This document shows, piece after piece, positions 1-10,773 of a stretch of DNA of 64,000 nucleotides. Numbering within the stretch: position 1 is the first letter of the stretch; the number at the start of each line of letters is the position of its first letter. The position numbers and the translations under genes are program-made. Location of the stretch: NCBI GenBank assembly GCA_050010955.1, contig JBEKJZ010000002.1, forward strand, positions 10,961 through 74,960, written 5' to 3'. Source of the DNA: Xanthobacteraceae bacterium (GTDB taxonomy: Bacteria > Pseudomonadota > Alphaproteobacteria > Rhizobiales > Xanthobacteraceae). The notes beneath the pieces were generated by a model, which was not told the origin of the DNA, searched no databases, and saw nothing but the letters and a program-made list of their open reading frames with translations.

Positions 1-283
1 CGGCCGCCAGGACTGCCGCCAAGGCTGCCGCAAAGGCTGCCGCCATGACGCAAACCGCCGCGCTCAGCGCGGCGGGTCCAGCGGGGCCAACAAGCCGTTT
101 CGGCAAAATGAACACGGGGCGACGGTTCCTTCGACGACCGCGGATGGGGCCTAACGGCGCGGCCACACGGACGGGAGCCGTTTCCGCCGCGTGTGAGCGA
201 TAAATGTCGGAAAATGCGTCGTTTCTGTGGTTTTGCCCGCTTCGCCCCAGCAAACTGCTGGCGACACCGGCCAGGTCCCGCGC

Positions 284-312
284 TTGACGCTCCGCGGGGG
301 GCTCACTATTAG
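284..312 (+). promoter_or_regulatory. candidate sigma70-type promoter for rpmB
   Basis: TTGACG (284-289), 17-nt spacer, TATTAG (307-312), about 70 nt upstream of the rpmB ATG. Confidence 0.3.
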
Positions 313-383
313 TCCCGGCAATCCTGTCCCATCACAGCCGTCCGCCGGCCGGCGCCGGACGCGCGAAAGATTGAGGAATTACC

Positions 384-674
384 ATGTCCTGGCGCTGCGA
401 GCTCACCGGAAAAACCCGCCAGATCGGGCACCGCGTGAGCCACTCTAACCGTAAGACCAAACGGCGGTTTTTGCCGAACCTGCTCAACGTCACGCTGATG
501 TCGGATGCTTTGGGCCGTTCGGTCCGGCTGCGCATCTCCGCCAATGCGCTCAAGACCGTCGATCATCGCGGCGGGTTCGATGCCTTCCTGCTGAAGGCCA
601 AGGACGCCGAGCTGTCGCCGCGGGCGCTCGAGCTCAAGCGCCAGGTCACCAAGAAGCGCGCGGCGACGGCTTAA
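384..674 (+). CDS. rpmB: 50S ribosomal protein L28
   Basis: 96-aa ORF; the N-terminus [29 protein letters not shown] is the bL28 signature. Confidence 0.95.
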   Translation: MSWRCELTGKTRQIGHRVSHSNRKTKRRFLPNLLNVTLMSDALGRSVRLRISANALKTVDHRGGFDAFLLKAKDAELSPRALELKRQVTKKRAATA

Positions 675-716
675 TCATTCACGTTCAAGACATCGCGCGG
701 CGAATGCGGCTTGCCG

Positions 717-2774
717 CTACGCCGGCTTGCGCCGCGCGCCGCGCAGACGAAAGCCGAGCACGTTCCGCACCCTGACGGGTTCGGCGGCCTCTTCGTCGGT
801 CATCCCCTCTTCGATCTGCGGCTCCGTCAAATACCAGGGCACGCCGATCACCACCACGCCCGAGCCGCCGTAGTCGAGCACGGCGGAACGAAGCTGCCGC
901 GCCCGATGGTTGCTCAGCAGGTATTCCCACCAGTGGCGCTTGACGAGTTCGGGGATCAGCACGGCGACCGTACGGCCGGGATTTTCCTCCTTGACCTCTT
1001 TGATCAGTTTCAACAGCGGCACATGAATGCGCCGAAACGGAGCGCTGAGAAAGACCAGCCGCGGCGGATTTGGAAACTTCGCGGCTTTCGCCGGCTTCTC
1101 GACGTGCACGGCCCATTGCTCGCGCAGCTCCCGCTCCTCCTTGTCGACGTCGCGGCCTTCGAGCGACGCCAAATGCACCGCGGTGACGTCGGGTGACAGA
1201 TCCATAGCCAGCCGCAGCGCCTTGTCGGTCAGGCGATTCCATTCCCGCATCGTGACCAGAACGGCCGGCGGCTCGCTGCGGCGAAATTCCAGCGCGTCGT
1301 CATCGTGGAGATGCTCCTCGATGTTCCGGTAATACCGCTTGATCGCCTTGTGCAGCACGATGACACAAGGAATGGCAACGATCGTGATCCAGCCGCCCTC
1401 GCCAAATTTGGCGATCACGATGACCGCCAGCGCCGTAGCCGTCGTCGCCGCGCCGACGGCATTGATGACGAGATTGATCAAGACCCGCCGGCGTGTTTCC
1501 GTGCGCCGCGGGTTGCCCAACTCACGCCGCCAATGAGCCACCATGCCCGCCTGCGACATGGTGAAGGTAAGAAACGCGCCGATCGCAAACAGCGGAATCA
1601 GGCGATCGGTGACCCCGTCAAAAAGGGTCAACAGAAGTCCCGCGGTAATCGCCAGATAGATGATGCCGACCGAATACACCAAACGGCGGCCGGCGGTCGC
1701 AAACGGCCGCGGCAGGAATTCATCCTGCGCTGCAAGTCGGCACATCCGGGGAAACCCGACAAAGCTGGTATTCGCGGATAGGCAAAGAATGCCGAGCGCG
1801 CTGGCGATCGCCACGTAATAAAACGCCCCGCGTCCCGCGACCGCGCCGACGAGCTGCGACAGCACGCTTTGGTAATCCGGCTGCGTCTGGTCCATGGCCA
1901 TGATGCCGTAGGACGTGGCGAGATAGGCGATGCCGCCGAGCAGGATGCCTAAAATCACAACGATGATCGCCAGCGTCCAGCGCGCATTGGCCACGCGCGG
2001 CTCGCGAAATCCGTCGACACAGTTGCTGACCGCCTCCACGCCGGTCATCGCCGTGCAGCCGCTGGCAAACGCACGCAACAACAGCCACAGACCGAGCGCT
2101 TCGACGGCTTTGGGCGGCGATGGCGGCGGCACCACCGGCTGCGGATGGCCGCCGCTCGTCATGACGGCATAAGCGCCGATCAGGAGGACGATCATGAAAC
2201 AGCCGACGAACAGATAAGTCGGCAGAGCAAACAATCGGCCGGATTCCATCGTCCCGCGCAGGTTGACCAGCGTCAGCAGGACAAGGATGCCGAGGCAAAG
2301 CGGCAGCGTGTACGGATGCAGCGCCGGCACCGCTGAAATCAGCGCCGCCACGCCCGCGGAAATGCCGACCGCGACGTTGAGGACATAGTCGACCATGATG
2401 CCCGCGGACGCCAAAAGGCTGGCGTTCACGCCGAGGTTTTCCTTAGCGACCGTGTAAGCGCCGCCGCTGATCGGATAGGCTTTGACGGTCTGCCAGTAGG
2501 AGACGAACAGGATCGCCAGCAATCCGAGAATGACCAGCATCACCGGCTCGAGCGCCGCGACCCCGGCCGCGCCAGCGGCGGCCAGGATGCTCAGCGCCGC
2601 TTCCGGTCCGTAGGCCGACGAGCTCAGCCCATCGAGCCCCACCGCCGGGACCGCTTCGCCAATGCCGATCTCGTGGGCGCTGCCTTCCCAATTGGCAAGC
2701 GGCCGCCCCAACAAGAACCGGTTCGCGATCCCAGCTAGCGACCATGGGCGATGATTTTTGCCGTTTGACTCCAT
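717..2774 (-). CDS. APC-family amino acid permease with C-terminal cytoplasmic domain
   Basis: Multi-TM permease-like translation. Start set at MESNGK (ATG 2774), which has AGGAG about 12 nt upstream. The track ORF extends to 2867. Confidence 0.8.
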   Translation of the reverse strand: MESNGKNHRPWSLAGIANRFLLGRPLANWEGSAHEIGIGEAVPAVGLDGLSSSAYGPEAALSILAAAGAAGVAALEPVMLVILGLLAILFVSYWQTVKAYPISGGAYTVAKENLGVNASLLASAGIMVDYVLNVAVGISAGVAALISAVPALHPYTLPLCLGILVLLTLVNLRGTMESGRLFALPTYLFVGCFMIVLLIGAYAVMTSGGHPQPVVPPPSPPKAVEALGLWLLLRAFASGCTAMTGVEAVSNCVDGFREPRVANARWTLAIIVVILGILLGGIAYLATSYGIMAMDQTQPDYQSVLSQLVGAVAGRGAFYYVAIASALGILCLSANTSFVGFPRMCRLAAQDEFLPRPFATAGRRLVYSVGIIYLAITAGLLLTLFDGVTDRLIPLFAIGAFLTFTMSQAGMVAHWRRELGNPRRTETRRRVLINLVINAVGAATTATALAVIVIAKFGEGGWITIVAIPCVIVLHKAIKRYYRNIEEHLHDDDALEFRRSEPPAVLVTMREWNRLTDKALRLAMDLSPDVTAVHLASLEGRDVDKEERELREQWAVHVEKPAKAAKFPNPPRLVFLSAPFRRIHVPLLKLIKEVKEENPGRTVAVLIPELVKRHWWEYLLSNHRARQLRSAVLDYGGSGVVVIGVPWYLTEPQIEEGMTDEEAAEPVRVRNVLGFRLRGARRKPA

Positions 2775-3003
2775 AAGCCGCAATTTCTCCTGCACTCGCG
2801 CGCGCGAAACAGCGGCGCCGAACTTAAGTTTCAATTCGCAACCGCAATGCGACCCCCTATGTTCCACGAAGCGGCTGTGGGGATGGGCGGTTACGCGAGT
2901 GAACTACCGCCGAAGCTCACCCGCGCCGGAGGCGACTTGGGCAGAAAGTTCAACGACAGGCTAGCGGATTCGCGATAACATTCGGCATTCGGGGGGAACC
3001 GCG

Positions 3004-3570
3004 ATGACCAATGCAGAATCGGGCCCGCAGGCCGCGCCACGAGACAGCTCGCTGCGCGCAAGCTTCTGGATCAGAGAGCTGCCTTATATCCTTGTCTTCA
3101 TCCTGACGATCTTCGGCGTTGCCTACACGAGTTATACCAAGAAGCCGATCCTCGGATATTGGGAGCTGCTGGCGCCGGTGATCGCGTTGGTCTGTATCGG
3201 CGCCGGATGGCGTCGCGCCCCCGAGAGGAGCGCGCGCGTGCACTTGATCTGGACGCAGGCGCTGCACTGGGGCGCGTTCCTCCTGGTCATGACGCTGATG
3301 TTGGTGAGCGAAGTTCAGAGGATACTCAGCGCCGGGGCCACCGGGCTTGCCATTCTCACGCTGTTGGCACTCGGCACCTTTACCGCCGGCGTGCATGTCA
3401 TGTCGTGGCAGGTCTGCCTGCTCGGGCTCGTCATGGCGCTCGGCGTTCCCGCGATCGCATGGGTCGAGCAATCGGCGTTAATCGTGATGTTGATCGTTTT
3501 GGCGGTGGTCGGAATTGGCGCCGTCGTCTGGTGGCACTGGCGCGAGAATCGCCAAGCCAGCAGCGACTGA
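3004..3570 (+). CDS. hypothetical integral membrane protein
   Basis: 188-aa ORF with about 5 hydrophobic helices and good GC3 codon style; no family recognised. Confidence 0.6.
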   Translation: MTNAESGPQAAPRDSSLRASFWIRELPYILVFILTIFGVAYTSYTKKPILGYWELLAPVIALVCIGAGWRRAPERSARVHLIWTQALHWGAFLLVMTLMLVSEVQRILSAGATGLAILTLLALGTFTAGVHVMSWQVCLLGLVMALGVPAIAWVEQSALIVMLIVLAVVGIGAVVWWHWRENRQASSD

Positions 3571-3586
3571 CGGTTCCGATAATGCC

Positions 3587-5482
3587 TTACGCGTGCAGGC
3601 GGCGCGGCCGAGCGGGACGCTCTCGCTCCTCGCCGGAGTGCTCCGCGAACAGCTCCGCCAGCTTCTCGGTCATGACGCCGCCGAGCTCCTCGGCGTCGAC
3701 GATGGTCACCGCGCGCCGGTAGTAGCGCGTGACGTCGTGACCGATGCCGATGGCGATGAGCTCGACCGGCGAGCGGGTTTCGATGTCCTCGATCACCCAG
3801 CGCAGGTGCCGCTCGAGGTAATTGCCGGGATTGACCGAGAGCGTGGAATCGTCGACCGGCGCGCCGTCGGAGATCATCATCAGGATCTTTCGCGTCTCGG
3901 CGCGTGCGAGCAGGCGCTTGTGCGCCCAATCGAGCGCTTCGCCGTCGATATTCTCCTTGAGCAGGCCCTCGCGCATCATCAATCCGAGATTCTTGCGCGC
4001 GCGCCGCCACGGTGCATCCGCCGCCTTGTAGATGATGTGGCGCAAATCGTTGAGGCGTCCCGGATTGGCCGGCTTGCCCTGGGCGAGCCAGGCTTCGCGC
4101 GACTGCCCGCCCTTCCAGGCCCGCGTGGTAAAGCCCAAAATCTCCACCTTGACGCCGCAGCGCTCCAGCGTGCGCGCCAGGATGTCGGCGCAGGTTGCCG
4201 CCACCGTGATCGGGCGGCCGCGCATCGAGCCGGAATTGTCCAACAGCAGCGTCACCACCGTGTCGCGGAAGTCGGTGTCCTTCTCGCGCTTGAACGACAG
4301 CGGATGCAGCGGATCGACAATGACGCGGGCAAGCCGCGCCGGATCGAGCAGCCCTTCCTCGAGATCGAATTCCCAGGCTCTGTTCTGCTGCGCCAGGAGA
4401 AGCCGCTGCAAGCGGTTGGCGAGCCGCGCGACCACGCCCTGTAGATGCGAAAGCTGCTTGTCGAGATAGCCGCGCAACCGTTCGAGCTCCTCCGGATCGC
4501 AGAGATTCTCGGCGCCGACGATCTCATCGAATTTGGTGGTGAAGGGCCGGTAATCCGGACCGCGCGGCTCGTTGCGATTGTGCCGCGGGCGCCACGGCTC
4601 GGCCGCGGTCTCCGAATCGCCCATCTCGGCATCGTCGGCCATGTCGGCGGCCGGCGCGTCGATCGCTTCCGAGGCGCTGTCGGGCAATTGCTCGGCCGAG
4701 GCTTCCGCTTCTTCGAGACTCATGCGCTCGGAGTCGGCGGAATCGGAGGCCTCGCCGTCGCGGCCGGATTCGTCATTGCGGTTCTCTTCCTCGTCGTCGT
4801 CGCCCTCCTCCTCGGATTCGCTTGAGCGATCCTCGCCCATGTCCAGGCTGTCGAGCAGGTCGTGCACTACGTCGCCGAAGCGCCGCTGATCATTGAGCAC
4901 GCGCTCGAGGCGATCGAGATTGCGGCCGGCACGCTCCTCGATCAGCGGGCGCCACAGCTCCACGAGTTTGCGCGCCGTCGCCGGCGGCGTCTGGCCGGTG
5001 AGCCGTTCGCGGACAATCATGGCGACGGCGTCTTCGAGCGGCGCATCGGCACGGTCGGTGATCTCGTCGTATTTGCCGCGATGAAAACGGTCATCGAGCA
5101 TGGCGGTAAGGTTCTTCGCCACGCCGCCCATGCGGCGAGAGCCGATCGCCTCGACGCGGGCCTGCTCGACCGCCTCAAACACCGCGCGCGCCTGCTGGCC
5201 GCCGGGCACGAGTCTGCGATGCACGGCGGGGTCATGGCAGGCGAGCCGCAGCGCGATCGAGTCGGCGTGACCGCGCACGATGGCCGCCTCTCCCTCATTG
5301 AGCCGGCGCGGCGGCTCCGGCAGCCGCGCCTTGCCGCCGGCCAGCCCGGGGCGCTCGGCGGCGAATGCGACCTCGATGTCGCCCTTGCCGGCGATCGCGC
5401 GCAGGCAGACGCCGACCGCCCGCTTGAACGGTTCGGTCGGCGCATCCTTGGCGGGATTTTTGGGCTTGATGTTGGAGGTCAT
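3587..5482 (-). CDS. cobT: cobaltochelatase subunit CobT (acidic linker plus vWA domain)
   Basis: 631 aa with an Asp/Glu-rich central region and a C-terminal vWA-like [14 protein letters not shown] motif; lies directly downstream of cobS. Confidence 0.9.
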   Translation of the reverse strand: MTSNIKPKNPAKDAPTEPFKRAVGVCLRAIAGKGDIEVAFAAERPGLAGGKARLPEPPRRLNEGEAAIVRGHADSIALRLACHDPAVHRRLVPGGQQARAVFEAVEQARVEAIGSRRMGGVAKNLTAMLDDRFHRGKYDEITDRADAPLEDAVAMIVRERLTGQTPPATARKLVELWRPLIEERAGRNLDRLERVLNDQRRFGDVVHDLLDSLDMGEDRSSESEEEGDDDEEENRNDESGRDGEASDSADSERMSLEEAEASAEQLPDSASEAIDAPAADMADDAEMGDSETAAEPWRPRHNRNEPRGPDYRPFTTKFDEIVGAENLCDPEELERLRGYLDKQLSHLQGVVARLANRLQRLLLAQQNRAWEFDLEEGLLDPARLARVIVDPLHPLSFKREKDTDFRDTVVTLLLDNSGSMRGRPITVAATCADILARTLERCGVKVEILGFTTRAWKGGQSREAWLAQGKPANPGRLNDLRHIIYKAADAPWRRARKNLGLMMREGLLKENIDGEALDWAHKRLLARAETRKILMMISDGAPVDDSTLSVNPGNYLERHLRWVIEDIETRSPVELIAIGIGHDVTRYYRRAVTIVDAEELGGVMTEKLAELFAEHSGEERERPARPRRLHA

Positions 5483-5493
5483 CGCTCTGCTCC

Positions 5494-5515
5494 CTCTCCC
5501 CGTGAGCGGGGAGAG
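5494..5515 (-). promoter_or_regulatory. GC-rich hairpin in the cobS-cobT spacer overlapping the cobT Shine-Dalgarno
   Basis: CTCTCCCCG (5494-5502) / CGGGGAGAG (5507-5515), a 9-bp stem with a 4-nt loop. On the mRNA strand the 3' arm GGGGAGAGGGAG sits just upstream of the cobT ATG. Confidence 0.4.
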
Positions 5516-5522
5516 GTGATTG

Positions 5523-6509
5523 TTACGACAGCGCGACGTTGACCGCGGATTCCGGCAATTCCTGCCCGAAGCAGCGCTGATAGAATTCCGCCACCAGCGG
5601 ACGCTCCAGCTCGTCGCATTTGTTGACGAAGGTCAGCCGGAAGGCGAAGCCGATGTCGCCAAAGATTTCGGCATTCTCCGCCCAGGTGATGACCGTGCGC
5701 GGGCTCATGACCGTGGAGATGTCACCGTTCATGAATGCATTGCGCGTGAGGTCGGCGATCCGCACCATCTTCGAGACGATGTCGCGGCCTTCGGCCGTGC
5801 GATAGTGCTTGGCCTTGGCGAGCACGATCTCGACCTCGTTGTCGTGCGGCAGGTAGTTCAGCGTGGTGACGATCGACCAGCGGTCCATCTGACCCTGGTT
5901 GATCTGCTGGGTGCCGTGATAAAGGCCGGACGTGTCGCCGAGGCCGACCGTGTTGGCGGTGGCGAACAGGCGGAACGAGGGATGCGGCTTGATCACCTTG
6001 TTCTGGTCGAGCAGCGTCAGCCGGCCGGATGATTCCAGGACGCGCTGGATTACGAACATCACGTCGGGGCGACCGGCGTCGTACTCGTCGAAACAGAGGG
6101 CGATATTGTGCTGCAGCGCCCACGGCAGGATGCCGTCGCGGAACTCGGTAACCTGCATGCCGTCGCGAATGACGATCGCATCCTTGCCGATGAGATCGAC
6201 GCGGCTGATATGGCTGTCGAGGTTGACGCGCACGCACGGCCAGTTGAGCCGCGCCGCCACCTGCTCGATATGAGTCGACTTGCCGGTGCCGTGATACCCG
6301 GTGACGATGACCCGGCGGTTCCTGGCAAAGCCGGCGAGGATGGCAAGCGTGGTCGGCTTGTCGAACCGGTAGTCGGCATCGATGTCCGGCACGTGCTCGT
6401 CCGGCTCGGAGTAGGCCGGCACTTGCAGGTCGCTGTCGATGCCGAACAATTGCCGGATCGAAACCTTCATGTCCGGCAAGCCGGATTCCGTTTCGGTTGC
6501 GAGAGTCAT
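5523..6509 (-). CDS. cobS: cobaltochelatase subunit CobS (AAA+ MoxR-like ATPase)
   Basis: 328 aa; Walker [10 protein letters not shown]; typical CobS N-terminus ..[12 protein letters not shown]. Confidence 0.93.
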   Translation of the reverse strand: MTLATETESGLPDMKVSIRQLFGIDSDLQVPAYSEPDEHVPDIDADYRFDKPTTLAILAGFARNRRVIVTGYHGTGKSTHIEQVAARLNWPCVRVNLDSHISRVDLIGKDAIVIRDGMQVTEFRDGILPWALQHNIALCFDEYDAGRPDVMFVIQRVLESSGRLTLLDQNKVIKPHPSFRLFATANTVGLGDTSGLYHGTQQINQGQMDRWSIVTTLNYLPHDNEVEIVLAKAKHYRTAEGRDIVSKMVRIADLTRNAFMNGDISTVMSPRTVITWAENAEIFGDIGFAFRLTFVNKCDELERPLVAEFYQRCFGQELPESAVNVALS

Positions 6510-6621
6510 TGCACCTCCATGACCCCAGAATTCTCCGAGGCGCTGAATCGGCCCTCACCGGCGGTCGAATATCGCGCCAAATTAGCAGAAGCGCCCGGCA
6601 CCGCAAAAGCCACTTGAAAGA

Positions 6622-7260
6622 TCAGCAGAAACCGGCGGATTTCAGGTAATTATAGGCCTGGATGATCTCCCGCAGCCGATCCTCGGAGGTGCGGTCGCCG
6701 CCGTTGGCGTCAGGGTGATGCCGCTTCACCAGGACCTTGAACCTGGCCTTGATATCGGCGCGCTTGGCGTCGGCTTCAAGGCCAAGCACGTCGAGGGCGC
6801 GACGCTGGGCATTGAGGATTTTGCGGCTCTCGGCAGCCGGCCGCGCATGACCGGGACGGCTCGCCCCCGTCTCGCCGAACAGCGCGAACGGGTCGTCGGC
6901 CGCCCACCCCGAGGCGCGCGAGCCGCCGGGACCGCGCCGGCCGTCGCGATGCCGGCCGCCGACGCTGCCGATCGAGCCCATCTTCCAGGTCGGGCGGTGG
7001 CCGGTGACGTCGTCCTTCTGATACTTCGCGATGGCGTCGTCGCTCATGCCGGCGAAGAAATTGTAGGCAGTGTTGTATTCGCGGACGTGTTCGAGGCAGA
7101 ACCGCCAATATTCGCTAGCGCGCAGCCGCCCCTTCGGCGCGCGGTGGGTCGCCGGCGCGTCGCAGCGCGGCCATTGGCAGGGCGGAAGCTCGGCGCGCAG
7201 CCGGCGGTCCTGGTCCGGCTTGACTCGGATTCGATCAAACAGCGGCGAATTGATGCTCAT
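6622..7260 (-). CDS. J-domain (DnaJ-like) protein
   Basis: C-terminal J domain with KRHHPD (HPD motif); Cys-rich N-terminal part. Confidence 0.8.
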   Translation of the reverse strand: MSINSPLFDRIRVKPDQDRRLRAELPPCQWPRCDAPATHRAPKGRLRASEYWRFCLEHVREYNTAYNFFAGMSDDAIAKYQKDDVTGHRPTWKMGSIGSVGGRHRDGRRGPGGSRASGWAADDPFALFGETGASRPGHARPAAESRKILNAQRRALDVLGLEADAKRADIKARFKVLVKRHHPDANGGDRTSEDRLREIIQAYNYLKSAGFC

Positions 7261-7370
7261 GATTCCAATTATGCGGGCGCGACGATAGCACCTTCAAGAC
7301 TTGACAGACGGCAAAAGCGCGCGTCGCAGGATTGACCCGCCGCGCCGCCTTCGCCTTGGTTTACCCGTGC

Positions 7371-7409
7371 CCCTATCCGAAAACCGGCTTCCACTTTTCG
7401 GGGTCATGC
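7371..7409 (+). repeat. REP-like palindromic element, copy 1 (core GAAAACCGGnnTCCACTTTTC)
   Basis: CCGAAAA (7377-7383) / TTTTCGG (7395-7401) flank CCGGCTTCCAC; same core as copies at 18426, 22188, 36809 and 48492. Confidence 0.75.
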
Positions 7410-7425
7410 CCTAAGCCTTGCGTCC

Positions 7426-7701
7426 ATGCGAACCCAGGATCTGATCACGGAAAAGTTGCGCAAGGCTTTCGCGCCCGAGAGCCTGCATGTTGAGGATGAA
7501 TCGCATCGGCATGAAGGCCATGCCGGGCATCGGCCGGGCGGCGAGACCCATTTCAGGCTTTATATCGTGTCGGAAGCCTTTCGCGGGAAGAGCCGGCTCG
7601 AACGCCACCGGATGATCAATGCCACGCTGGCTGGCGAGCTGGCCGGCGGCGTCCACGCGCTCGCCATCCGTGCCGCGGCGCCGGGGGAGAATCTTGGCTG
7701 A
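7426..7701 (+). CDS. BolA family protein
   Basis: 91 aa; ..LHVEDESHRHEGHAG..THFRLYIVSEAFRGKSRLERHRMI.. is typical of BolA. Confidence 0.9.
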   Translation: MRTQDLITEKLRKAFAPESLHVEDESHRHEGHAGHRPGGETHFRLYIVSEAFRGKSRLERHRMINATLAGELAGGVHALAIRAAAPGENLG

Positions 7702-8277
7702 TTACAGGTCGCGCACCGTTTCCTCGGCCGCGTCTGCCACTTGCGCTTTCGGCGGTTCGCCGGCGGCGGCAAGAAGCCCCATCAGATCGAGGTGGCGGGT
7801 GAACATCGCGAGCTTGCCGTCGGGCGTGCGCGGCCACTGCTCCTGCGGCCGATCCCAGTAAAGCTCGACGCCGTTGTCGTCGGGATCGCGCAAATAGAGC
7901 GCTTCGCTGACGCCGTGATCGGCGGCGCCGTCGAGCGGAATTTTCGCTTCGATCAACCGCCGCAGCGCGTCGGCCAAGGCGGTGCGCGTCGGATAGAGGA
8001 TCGCGAGATGATAGAGGCCGGTCGTGCCTTGCGGCGGCGGTGGTGCGCCGCGGCTCTCCCAGGTGTTGAGCCCGATGTGATGATGATAGCCGCCGGCGGA
8101 AATAAACGCCGCCTGCGGTCCCAGCTTCTGCATCAACTGAAATCCGAGCACGCCGCAATAGAACTCAAGCGCCCGATCGAGATCGGCGACCTTCAGATGC
8201 ACGTGGCCGATGCGCACCCCGGCCTCGATCGGTGCGGTGACCGTCTCAGGCTCAGCGGCTTTCGTCTCTATGGCCAT
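7702..8277 (-). CDS. VOC family protein (glyoxalase/extradiol dioxygenase fold)
   Basis: HVHLKVADLDRALEFYCGVLGF and GLYHLAILYP motifs. Start at MAIETK (ATG 8277) with GGAG 10 nt upstream. Confidence 0.8.
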   Translation of the reverse strand: MAIETKAAEPETVTAPIEAGVRIGHVHLKVADLDRALEFYCGVLGFQLMQKLGPQAAFISAGGYHHHIGLNTWESRGAPPPPQGTTGLYHLAILYPTRTALADALRRLIEAKIPLDGAADHGVSEALYLRDPDDNGVELYWDRPQEQWPRTPDGKLAMFTRHLDLMGLLAAAGEPPKAQVADAAEETVRDL

Positions 8278-8356
8278 CGCGCATGCTCCAAGCAAATCCA
8301 CCGCACTAGATGTAGCTGTCCAAACCTAGGCGCAAGATGGGCTGTCGCGACTGTGG

Positions 8357-9646
8357 CTAGCTCGCTTTCGCCGTGACCTTACGGGCGAGCGGCGTGACCC
8401 GCAACGCGGTGATGCGGTTGCGCGTCTTGCGCAAGACATGGAAGCGGAAGCCGTGGAACGTGAAGCTCTGTCCGGGCTCGGGGATCGAGCGCGCCTCGTG
8501 GATGACCACGCCGGCGATCGTGGTCGCTTCGTCGTCGGGGATGTTCCAATCCATCGCCCGGTTCAGATCGCGCACCGGCACCGCGCCGTCGACATGGACC
8601 GAACCGTCCGGCAGCGCGCGCACGCCGGGAACCGCGATGTCATGCTCGTCCGTGATGTCGCCGACGATCTCCTCCATGATGTCTTCCAGCGTCACCAGCC
8701 CCTCGAGCTCGCCGTACTCGTCGACGACCAGCGCCAACGCCGTCTTGCGGTGCAGGAACGCCTTGAGCTGGTCATAGAGCGGGGTCGTGTCCGGCACAAA
8801 CCACGGCGGCGTTGCCAGCGACAGGATGTCGATCTTGCCGGCATCGCCGCCGGCGGCGTGCAGGGCGCGCAACAGATCCTTGACGTGCAACACGCCGACA
8901 ACGTTGTCCGGCGACCCGCGCCACAGCGGCAGCCGCGTCACCGCCGCGGCAAGGACGGCATCGACGATCTCGCGGGGTTTCTCGTCGGCATCGAGCATCA
9001 CCATCTTGGTGCGGTGGACCATCACGTCGGAGACCACCAATTCGCGCAGGTCGAGCAGGCCGCCCATCATGTCGCGGTCGAGCTTTTCCACGACGCCGGC
9101 GCGGTGCATGAGATCGACGGCGCCGCGCAACTCCTCGCGCGGCGACAGGATCGACTGGATCTTGCCGACCGGCATGCCGAAGCCGCGGAGAATGAACCGC
9201 ACCAGCCATTCGACCGCCTTCAGGACCGGGGAGAACCAGCGCACCATCCGATCGACCGGCCGGGCGACGACAAGTGCGATGCGATCGGGCATGTTGAAGG
9301 CTGCGGTCTTCGGCAGCACTTCGGCGACCACGAAGATGACCACGGTCATCACCAGCGTGGCGTAGATGACGCCGGCGTGGCCGAAGAACGCGAGCAACAG
9401 GCCGGTCGCCAGCGTCGAGGCGGCGATATTGGTCACGTTGTTGGCGAACAAGATCGCGCCCAGCAGCCGCTCGCGCGTCCCTAACAGCCGGTTGACGATG
9501 CCGGCGTCGCGGTTGCCCTGCTTCTCCAGCCGCAACATGGCGGCGCGCGACGATGCCGTCAGCGCCGTCTCGCCGGCGGAAAAGAACGCCGAGACCAAAA
9601 GGCAGATGACAATCGCCGCGACGGTCAACCAATCAAAGATATTCAT
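8357..9646 (-). CDS. HlyC/CorC family transporter (DUF21-CBS-CorC_HlyC)
   Basis: 429 aa; N-terminal TM domain, CBS pair, C-terminal transporter-associated domain. Confidence 0.9.
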   Translation of the reverse strand: MNIFDWLTVAAIVICLLVSAFFSAGETALTASSRAAMLRLEKQGNRDAGIVNRLLGTRERLLGAILFANNVTNIAASTLATGLLLAFFGHAGVIYATLVMTVVIFVVAEVLPKTAAFNMPDRIALVVARPVDRMVRWFSPVLKAVEWLVRFILRGFGMPVGKIQSILSPREELRGAVDLMHRAGVVEKLDRDMMGGLLDLRELVVSDVMVHRTKMVMLDADEKPREIVDAVLAAAVTRLPLWRGSPDNVVGVLHVKDLLRALHAAGGDAGKIDILSLATPPWFVPDTTPLYDQLKAFLHRKTALALVVDEYGELEGLVTLEDIMEEIVGDITDEHDIAVPGVRALPDGSVHVDGAVPVRDLNRAMDWNIPDDEATTIAGVVIHEARSIPEPGQSFTFHGFRFHVLRKTRNRITALRVTPLARKVTAKAS

Positions 9647-10773
9647 CGCTCCGCAAGCTTCTCGTCGAGGAATGCGCGCACGTCTTCCCGATCGACGCCG
9701 GTCTCGACAAAAGCGGCGCCGATCCCGCGCGCCAGGATGAATGTAGGCATTCCGCGCTTCACTTTCTTGTCCTGCGCGATCAAATCCATCAGCCGGTCGA
9801 CGGGCGGCAATCCACCCGGAATATCGCGGGGCCGGGTCGGCAATCCGACGGCCGTCAGGTGGCGAACGGCGCGCTCGGCTTCGGCGGTGGGCAGAAGCCC
9901 CTGCCGCGCCGAAAAGGCGAAAGCCAGCGCCATCCCGGCCGCGACCGCCTCGCCATGCAAGAGCCGGTCGGAGAAGCCGCAGGCGGCCTCGAGCGCATGG
10001 CCGAAGGTATGGCCGAGATTGAGCAGCGCCCGTTCGCCGGTCTCGCGCTCGTCGCGGGCGACGATGGCCGCCTTGGCGCGGCAGCTCACGGCGATGGCGT
10101 GTTCTCTGGCCGGCCCGCCGGCAAAGACGTCGCGCCAGTTCGCTTCCAGCCAGGAGAAAAAGGCGGCGTCGCCGAGCAGGGCGTATTTGGCGACTTCGGC
10201 GTAACCGGCGCGGAATTCGCGCGCCGGCAAGGTGTCGAGCACGGCGGTATCGGCCAGTACCAGGATCGGCTGATGAAAAGCGCCGACCAGATTCTTGCCA
10301 TGGGCGGAATTGATCGCGGTCTTGCCGCCGACCGAGGAATCGACCTGAGCCAAGAGCGTGGTCGGGACCTGCACGTAATCGAGCCCGCGCCGCACCACCG
10401 ACGCCGCGAAGCCGGCGAGATCGCCGATGACACCGCCGCCGAGCGCGACGACGATATCGCCGCGCTCGATGCGCGCGTCGATGATCGCCTCGCAGACTTG
10501 CTCGAAGACGCGAAAGCTCTTCGAGCCCTCTCCAGCCGTAACGATGACGCGGGTCGTCGCCACGCCGGAACCGGCCAGCGCGGATTCGGCGCCGGCAAGA
10601 TGGTAACGCGCCACGCTCTCGTCGGTGACGATGGCGGCATTGGCGCCCAGGCGCAGCGCCGCGATACGCGCGCCGAGCGAAGCCATAAGGCCGCGCCCGA
10701 TGACGATGTCATAGCTGCGGGCGCCGAGCGCGACCTTGACGGTTGTGGGATCGGCGCGAAGCGGTGCCGTCAT
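9643..10773 (-). CDS. aroB: 3-dehydroquinate synthase
   Basis: 376 aa; GGGVIGDLAGFAA, LNLGHTFGHALE motifs; 4-nt overlap with aroK. Confidence 0.93.
   Translation of the reverse strand: MTAPLRADPTTVKVALGARSYDIVIGRGLMASLGARIAALRLGANAAIVTDESVARYHLAGAESALAGSGVATTRVIVTAGEGSKSFRVFEQVCEAIIDARIERGDIVVALGGGVIGDLAGFAASVVRRGLDYVQVPTTLLAQVDSSVGGKTAINSAHGKNLVGAFHQPILVLADTAVLDTLPAREFRAGYAEVAKYALLGDAAFFSWLEANWRDVFAGGPAREHAIAVSCRAKAAIVARDERETGERALLNLGHTFGHALEAACGFSDRLLHGEAVAAGMALAFAFSARQGLLPTAEAERAVRHLTAVGLPTRPRDIPGGLPPVDRLMDLIAQDKKVKRGMPTFILARGIGAAFVETGVDREDVRAFLDEKLAER

Noticed and set aside
1-47. Possible start of a - strand gene (MAAAFAAALAAVLAA..) running off the left edge
   Set aside because: Only about 15 codons are visible, which is too little to support a call.
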